From assembly GCA_963555755.3 (NCBI GenBank), contig OY820905.2:3648001-3712000 (forward strand): DNA of 64,000 nucleotides, in the 5' to 3' direction. This DNA is from Nitrospirales bacterium. Its GTDB lineage: Bacteria > Nitrospirota > Nitrospiria > Nitrospirales > UBA8639. Every line of letters starts with the position of its first letter. The first letter of the stretch is position 1. This document shows, in pieces, positions 58,383-64,000 of the stretch. The notes below the pieces were generated by a model. That model was not told the origin of the DNA and made no database searches. It worked only from the letters and a program-made list of their open reading frames with translations. Both the position numbers and the translations under genes were made by a program.

Positions 58383-60224
58383 GTGTCTGAGAGAAAACAC
58401 CGGTTTTATCGGGCATGGTCCGGGATATTTTTTCCACACCTCTCTTCGGCCTCCTCTGTCGTGCTCACGAACGGCTTTTCTCGTCCACCATTCGTGCCAT
58501 GTCCTGGATGGGAGCCCTCCCCAGGACGTCGCAGTCGATTCGCGACAGAGGTCTCCCTCGGGTGCAGGATTCCTTTCGGCCGCTTGCCGCGCTAGGCCGC
58601 TTGCTTGAGTTGCGGCTTACGGCGTCGGTGGTGTTCCAGCAACCGATGGCCAATCTTGTGGAGATTGTACGCCAAGATCCCAAACCCGACGTAGCGCTGA
58701 AACCCCGCCCCTCCTTTGTCAGGACACCGATTCAACCCATGGTGTTCCAAGGCAGTGATGTCCGATTCAATCGCACGGTGCTGCTGCCGTAAGCGGCGAA
58801 AGGTCGGCTGCGTTTCCCGGGCCTGATCGGCTTGGGAGCGCCGCCCTTTTTTGGGCATGATGACTTCGGGAATAAACAGTTCGAGGAGTTCGCGATCCTG
58901 TTGTGCGCTGAACCCCTTATCCACACTCCAACGCTGGATCTGTCCATCCCCAAATCGGGCCACCAGCCGATCGGCGAGAGGCAGGGTTTCCTTCACATCA
59001 CTGCCCTGGGTCATGATCTTATAGTCCAGGATCAAACGATGTTGATCCGTGGTGATGAGTAATTTATGGCCGAGTTCCACCGCCGGGGCGACTTTCCCCT
59101 TGTTGATCCATTCGGTATGCGGTTCAAACAGGGACAAGAGTGTGTCGGCATGGGGAATCGTTTCCCCCTGCAAGACCCGTCGGTCGATAAGATCCAGATG
59201 CTTGATGAGCATCTCGTGATAGTATTCCACCTCGGCCAGGATGTTTTGCTCCAGTAGGGAGCAGGTCTGGGGCCGACGCACCAGTAGGCTGGCAAAGACT
59301 TTCTGCTCCAACGCGTAGGCTTTCTGCAGATAGGCCGTGACCGCCGCGTCGAGCCGCTCGCGCTTCTTGGCGCCCCCGCCATGGGAGATTGTCCCACAGG
59401 TTCGAAGCAAGGTCTTCAGTTGCTTCCGCCACGTGGAGGCCTTGCGCCACCCCGAGGGCTCCAGGTGCTGCGCCAGCCGCGAGAGCAAAACCAAACATTT
59501 CCGACAGGCATCCCACAGCAGATTCAAATCCGTGGGGAAATGGACGGTGGTCTCCAGCACGTAGGTGTCACTTTTGGCGTGAATGGGCTCGGCGGCTTTT
59601 TTTTTAAACACCGCCCGTCCCGCCGCCACCACGATGGCATTGATCTCGGCCAAGAAGGCTTCGTCCACGTGACACACATTCTCACTGATCGTCTTGTGAT
59701 GAAACCCGTGGCCAAATTCCCCCCGGAAGGAGGACTCCAAGCCCATGATCTGCCGCAGTAACTTGTCATAGTGGACCAGGTATTCCAGCCGATCATAGTC
59801 ACAATCCAACGCTAAGCGAACGACCCCCAGGACCAGGACATGCCACAGATCCATCCCGGGTCGTCCGGTCGCCTGCTTGGCCCCCGTGACCTTCTGTTCC
59901 AGCACGGCAAAGATTTGCTCATTGACGTCGGGAGTCTGAAAAATCCACTGGAGCCCCCGCAACACCGGCGGCAATTCATCCCGACTCTTGGGGGGAATGG
60001 GTACTTCCTCAATCGGGGTCTGGCCTCACTCCACCTGCCGTTCAAATCGTTGCCGCATCGTCTCGATCCTCCCTCACCAACCCGGTGCACTGTGAATGTT
60101 GAGGCAGTTTACACGAAAAACACGCTGTTTTCAGGAATTTCGTTCACATACCGTGAAAGATTCGCATCCCGAAAACCGAGAAAACCCGCGTCACGCTTGG
60201 CCAATCTAGCTTTATCTCAGACAC
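58383..60224 (-). mobile_element. ISNCY (ISDol1-like)/IS5-related element
   Basis: Inverted repeats gtgtctgagagaaa/tttatctcagacac; 6-bp duplication tagata. Confidence 0.85.
58592..60058 (-). pseudogene. DDE transposase with a nonsense codon at position 11
   Basis: MRQRFERQVE*GQTPIEEV...SRDELPPVL; GRPGMDLW, VHFPTD, VDKGF, AIESDI. Confidence 0.8.
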
Positions 60225-60560
60225 TAGATAAGGAAATTGAGATTGGGGATGGTCTATCGATTAGAAGCATTTTACCAACCAGTATTACATCCGAAGATAT
60301 CACCAGGCTTGTAGAGCATCATTTCGATGTATACCGTTCCAAAGAATCATTTGAACTTGTAAAGGCACATTACTCGTGTAGATTTTTGAATAATCCCGCC
60401 GGCGGGGCTATTATTTCCGTTGTCCAGAACGATGAAGGAAAGATCGTGGGTGCTTACGGAGGAATACCGCTTCGACTGAAATTAGGTGAGAATTCAGAGA
60501 TTTCTTACCTCATCTGCTGCGACAGTGTTTCACCGCAATTTACTGGCAGCAATCTTATTA

Positions 60561-61866
60561 GGCTCTTCCCCTGATCGAGTGGGTCCGTTACCCTATGGGG
60601 TATGAGAGACAAAGATCTATACAAGGAGATTCTCGGGATTCAGATGCCGTGGACGGTCACCAAGGTGGAGCTCTCCATGGCTGCCGGCGAAGTGACGGTC
60701 CATGTCAAACAATAAGCCGGAGAGCCACAACCCTGTCCCCATTGCGGGACACCTTGTCCTGGCTATGACCAGCGCTCCCGGACATGGCGGCATCTGGATA
60801 CCTGTCAGTTCAAAACGCTCATCGTGGCTAAGGTGCCGCGAGTGACCTGTCCCACCCACGGGGTGGTGACGGTGAAGGTGCCTTGGGCGGAATCGGGGGC
60901 AGGGTTCACCGCCCTGTATGAAGCGCTCGTCCTGGACTGGCTCAAAGAGGCGTCGATTCAAGCCGTGGCCCGTCAATTGTCCTTCAGCTGGAATGCCATT
61001 GCGGGCATTATGCAGCGAGCGGTCACGCGGGGGGTGGCGCGCCGAACCCAAGAAAGCCCGACCCGCATCGGTGTTGATGAGACCTCCTTCCGCAAGGGGC
61101 ACGACTCTGTCACGGTGGTGACGGATCAGAAGAAGGGCCAGGTGCTGCATGTGGCGGAGGAGCGCAAGACCAGCAGCTTGACCAGCTATTATGACACCCT
61201 CACCGCGGCGCAGAAAGCGGAGATAGAAAGCATTGCGATGGATATGTGGCCCGCCTACATCACGGCCACCCTGGAGCAGATTCCCGCGGCGACGCAGAAG
61301 ATCGCCTTTGATAAATTTCATGTGGCCAAGTACCTGGGAGGGGCCGTCGACCAAGTGCGGAAGCAGGAGCATAAAGCCTTGATGGGAGAAGGCTGCGACG
61401 ATCTCAAAGGCACCCAATATGATTGGTTAACCAACCTGAGCAACTTATCCCGCCCCCGGCAGTGTACATTCAAGGTGTTGCGAGCCAGCACGCTGAAAAC
61501 GGCTCGGGCGTGGGCGATCAAAACGCTGGGCATGCAGCTCTGGCACTATGTCAGTCGCACCTGGGCGGAGAAAGGCTGGAAGCAATGGTATGCCTGGGCC
61601 ATTCGCAGTCGCCTGGGCCCGATCAAAAAGGTGGCACGAACCATCAAAAAACATCTGTGGGGCATTCTCACTGCCGTACTCTTGCAGGCCAGCAATGGGG
61701 CGTCGGAGAGTATGAATAGCCGCATTCAAGGCATCAAAATCCGGAGTCGTGGCTTTCGCAATAAAGCGCGATACATCCAAGCCATCTACTTCCATTTCGG
61801 GGGTCTGGACCTCTATCCGGAAGGAGTTCGTCGATAGAATCGACCCACTCGACTTGATGAAGCTCC
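60561..61866 (+). mobile_element. ISL3-family element
   Basis: Inverted repeats ggctcttcccctgatcgagtgggtc/gacccactcgacttgatgaagctcc; no matching duplication. Confidence 0.85.
60602..61837 (+). pseudogene. ISL3 transposase with an early stop
   Basis: MRDKDLY...HVKQ* then CPHCG; IGVDETS, MDMWPAY, FDKFHV, SESMNSRIQ. Confidence 0.85.
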
Positions 61867-61899
61867 ATATTTCTTACCCCTGTGTGCTGGGTGTATTTT

Positions 61900-62286
61900 C
61901 TAAAGAAGGTGTGCAACTTTGTGGATATGAGGGACCACGACCTCGTGGCTTGCCACTGATGGCGTGGAGTTGTCATCAGGCTGCCACCGTATCACCAACG
62001 CGCGTTGGGCCTCTGTTTCGAGTACCATCTCTTGCAACATTCGATTCACGACCACATCACGCTGGGCCCGACTCAGATCAGGGGAAGCCACCTGTCGAGG
62101 TTGGTTGGCTGTGGGTTCCTGAACATCATGGATTGTGATATCTATCGACATGGCGATTTCTATGGGCTTGTCAACATCCAACTTGACCCTTGGTTCGCAA
62201 GCCGAAAACACCATTGGCAGAAGGACTAGAAACCCCATCAACGCTATTGCCAGTAAGAGCCCTTCCCTAGGTCGAAAATTTTTCAA
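61900..62286 (-). CDS. YnbE-like lipoprotein (possibly degenerate)
   Basis: FSAC lipobox followed by EPRVKLDVDKPIEIAMSIDI. Confidence 0.55.
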   Translation of the reverse strand: MKNFRPREGLLLAIALMGFLVLLPMVFSACEPRVKLDVDKPIEIAMSIDITIHDVQEPTANQPRQVASPDLSRAQRDVVVNRMLQEMVLETEAQRALVIRWQPDDNSTPSVASHEVVVPHIHKVAHLL

Positions 62287-62584
62287 AAAATTAGAGCAAA
62301 CAATAGAAACTTTGGGTAGACAAGATTTGGGAATCAGGTCTAACCAAAAGATATACAGTCAGAGAAGCGAAAGTGCAGCCGCCCTAGCCGGACCACCCTT
62401 TTCCCCTCCCTTTTTTCCTAACGCCACCACATGTGGATTCTTTTTCTTCATGGGTGGAATCTACCTGGGCGGTGAAAAAGATCCAAGCCTACCCAACTAG
62501 GGGTTGACCAATACTTGATCGTTCAAGACTCAAATTTTTTTGTTTCTCCTGAAAAACAATAGGGAAATTCGTTTGCCAACAGGG

Positions 62585-63232
62585 TCATGGGTGTTCGGAT
62601 TTGATTTCGACATAATGCTTCACCGATTCAACCCCTTTGGTAGCTTTGATAATGTCTAAGACCTTTGCCAGTTCCGCCGAACTATTTGCCCGGCCGATGA
62701 GAGAAACATTATTTCGCACTGATCGCCAACGGTAATTTACCGAGGTGACACCCTTCTGCGCAATCAGTTGGGCTTCAATTTTGGTGTTTATCCAGATGTC
62801 ATCCACGGTCTGGCCTATTCCCTCTTTGGAATTCTTGTTACCCCCTTCAGCTTTTTTCCGGCGGGCTTCTTTTTCGGCCTTGGTCACGATTTGAATGTCG
62901 TTGGAGATCTTCGTGATACGGGAATCGCTGTTCACCAATTCGGCAACAGCTTGTTTTTCTTGTGGATTATCAAGGGTCCCCGTCAACAAGGCGCGTTGTT
63001 CCCAGACATCGACATTCACGTCGAGGAGAAGGCTTTTATCGCGATCCGATAACCGGGACAAAACTCCAGTGGCAATTTTGGTATCGGTGATTTGGTCTTC
63101 GGTGTTCCGATCCTCAAAGGCTTTCTTGCCTGTTTCTATCATCACGGTGGCACACCCGGAGAATAGAATCCCGACCATGAGTACCGCATACATTGAATGA
63201 TTGAATTTAATTTTCCACATGTCGTTCATCAC
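62585..63232 (-). CDS. Dual BON-domain lipoprotein
   Basis: LFSGC lipobox; two D..I...I..L / L.G repeats. Confidence 0.85.
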   Translation of the reverse strand: MMNDMWKIKFNHSMYAVLMVGILFSGCATVMIETGKKAFEDRNTEDQITDTKIATGVLSRLSDRDKSLLLDVNVDVWEQRALLTGTLDNPQEKQAVAELVNSDSRITKISNDIQIVTKAEKEARRKKAEGGNKNSKEGIGQTVDDIWINTKIEAQLIAQKGVTSVNYRWRSVRNNVSLIGRANSSAELAKVLDIIKATKGVESVKHYVEIKSEHP

Positions 63233-63456
63233 GCCTCCTTGTGTCTTGTGTTGTCATTCTTGTGTGGACCAATTCGAGCACACATTTATGAGTCAAAGCA
63301 ATCCCCCAAATTAAAAAGGTATTGGAAGTCTGATGCTTTTTTCCCCGCCGACGGAGTGTTGTCGTATCGTCAGTTGGTTTGAAAACGGGTGGTAAGGTTA
63401 CCCATGGTCTTCATGCGGATTCCCTGCTGGGACGTGGTAATCGGCGAAATCTTCGG

Positions 63457-63711
63457 TCAATGGAAATCCAAGGTGGCCTTGGCCTTCAGGGTTCCATCGA
63501 CCATGGAAATTATTTCCCCATGAAGTTTGCTTCCATCTTTTAAATGAATGTGCCCTGGAGTCGAAGCACCGTGGCCCGCCCCAGACAAAACCACGACCAA
63601 TGTGGCGAAAGAGACCAAAATCTTTGGGCACATGAAATTCCGTATCTTCGTTGAAAGTACTAAGGGGCGTTGTAAGGGTGCAAACATAAGAGCTCGTTCA
63701 TGATGTGACAT
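63457..63711 (-). pseudogene. N-terminal fragment of an exported protein (DUF481-like start)
   Basis: Signal-like segment then IHLKDGSKLHGEIISMVDGTL; ends prematurely. Confidence 0.4.
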
Positions 63712-63805
63712 GGGAATAGGAATTTAAAGGGCCTTTTTGACTAGACAGGAAATTATCAAAGAAGTCACTGGGGGGTCATTCGCACCAATCAGGGAATGAA
63801 TACCG

Positions 63806-63877
63806 CATCTGTCAGGTGAGCCATTGAAGCCCCCCCGATTCGCCTGACAAGTGGACACATTATTTTGTGACAAGTCC
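63806..63877. mobile_element. G-like MITE end directly after a stop codon
   Basis: attattttgtgacaagtcc resembles the G terminus gttattttgtcacaggccc; adjacent hairpin tgtcaggtga/tcgcctgaca. Confidence 0.45.
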
Positions 63878-64000
63878 TTAATAGGGTGGCCGGCTGTTGC
63901 TGAGGCACAGGTCTACCAAGTCGTCGAGGCGCGCGGTCCCGGCACACATCACGGTGTCTGCGCCACCCCAGTAAATCTTTACGCCGCCCTCGTCATCCGC
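63878..64000 (-). CDS. C-terminus of a GH130-family glycoside phosphorylase/hydrolase (partial, runs off the window)
   Basis: Own translation: ADDEGGVKIYWGGADTVMCAGTARLDDLVDLCLSNSRPPY*. Confidence 0.7.
   Translation of the reverse strand, partial: ADDEGGVKIYWGGADTVMCAGTARLDDLVDLCLSNSRPPY

Larger units (their letters stand above)
58352..60574 (+). pseudogene. GNAT-like acetyltransferase split by ISNCY and truncated by ISL3
   Basis: Removing the IS plus one tagata joins MRTDLLNYI to DKEIEIG... in frame; NNPAG..EGKIVGAYGGIP...VSPQFTG. Confidence 0.65.

Noticed and set aside
59840..60574. 244-aa ORF as an intact gene
   Set aside because: Chimera of the IS end and the interrupted GNAT gene
60617..61417. 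266-aa ORF antisense to the ISL3 transposase
   Set aside because: Shadow ORF
1..64000. CRISPR array
   Set aside because: Repeats are dispersed inverted elements, not regularly spaced direct repeats with unique spacers; no cas genes

Overview
Bacterial chromosomal segment. Gene content and order suggest a Nitrospirota-like chemolithoautotroph (inference only). From left to right it carries: a sigma54-type sulfur-detoxification cluster (persulfide dioxygenase-rhodanese fusion, YgaP-like rhodanese, a CydA-like membrane protein, TauE); a REC-PAS-GAF-PAS-GGDEF-EAL gene divergent from an MSHA-like type IV pilus cluster with three pilins; SulP and NhaD transporters; a complete group II intron sitting inside a REP-like inverted repeat; pgsA-pilB-pilT-pilC, where PilT has lost its catalytic motifs; housekeeping blocks (ispE-prs-rplY-pth, rpsF-ssb-rpsR, yceD-rpmF-plsX-fabH-fabL-fabD-fabG-acpP-fabF-rnc, folD, metF, panB, purA); tRNA-Lys; and a decayed island with an integrase remnant and inactive IS6, ISNCY and ISL3 elements. 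The most unusual signal is intergenic. At least eight families of 120-300 bp MITE-like elements have different terminal repeats and target duplications, insert into one another (four elements nested at 52836-53608) and often sit at stop codons. Five of the families carry the same structured core (C-AAGG...AACGCC-G internal loop, plus an apical GGAG/UGA hairpin in several) between unrelated termini. No CRISPR array or rRNA was seen. All calls come from reading the sequence and the ORF track; no database searches were run.
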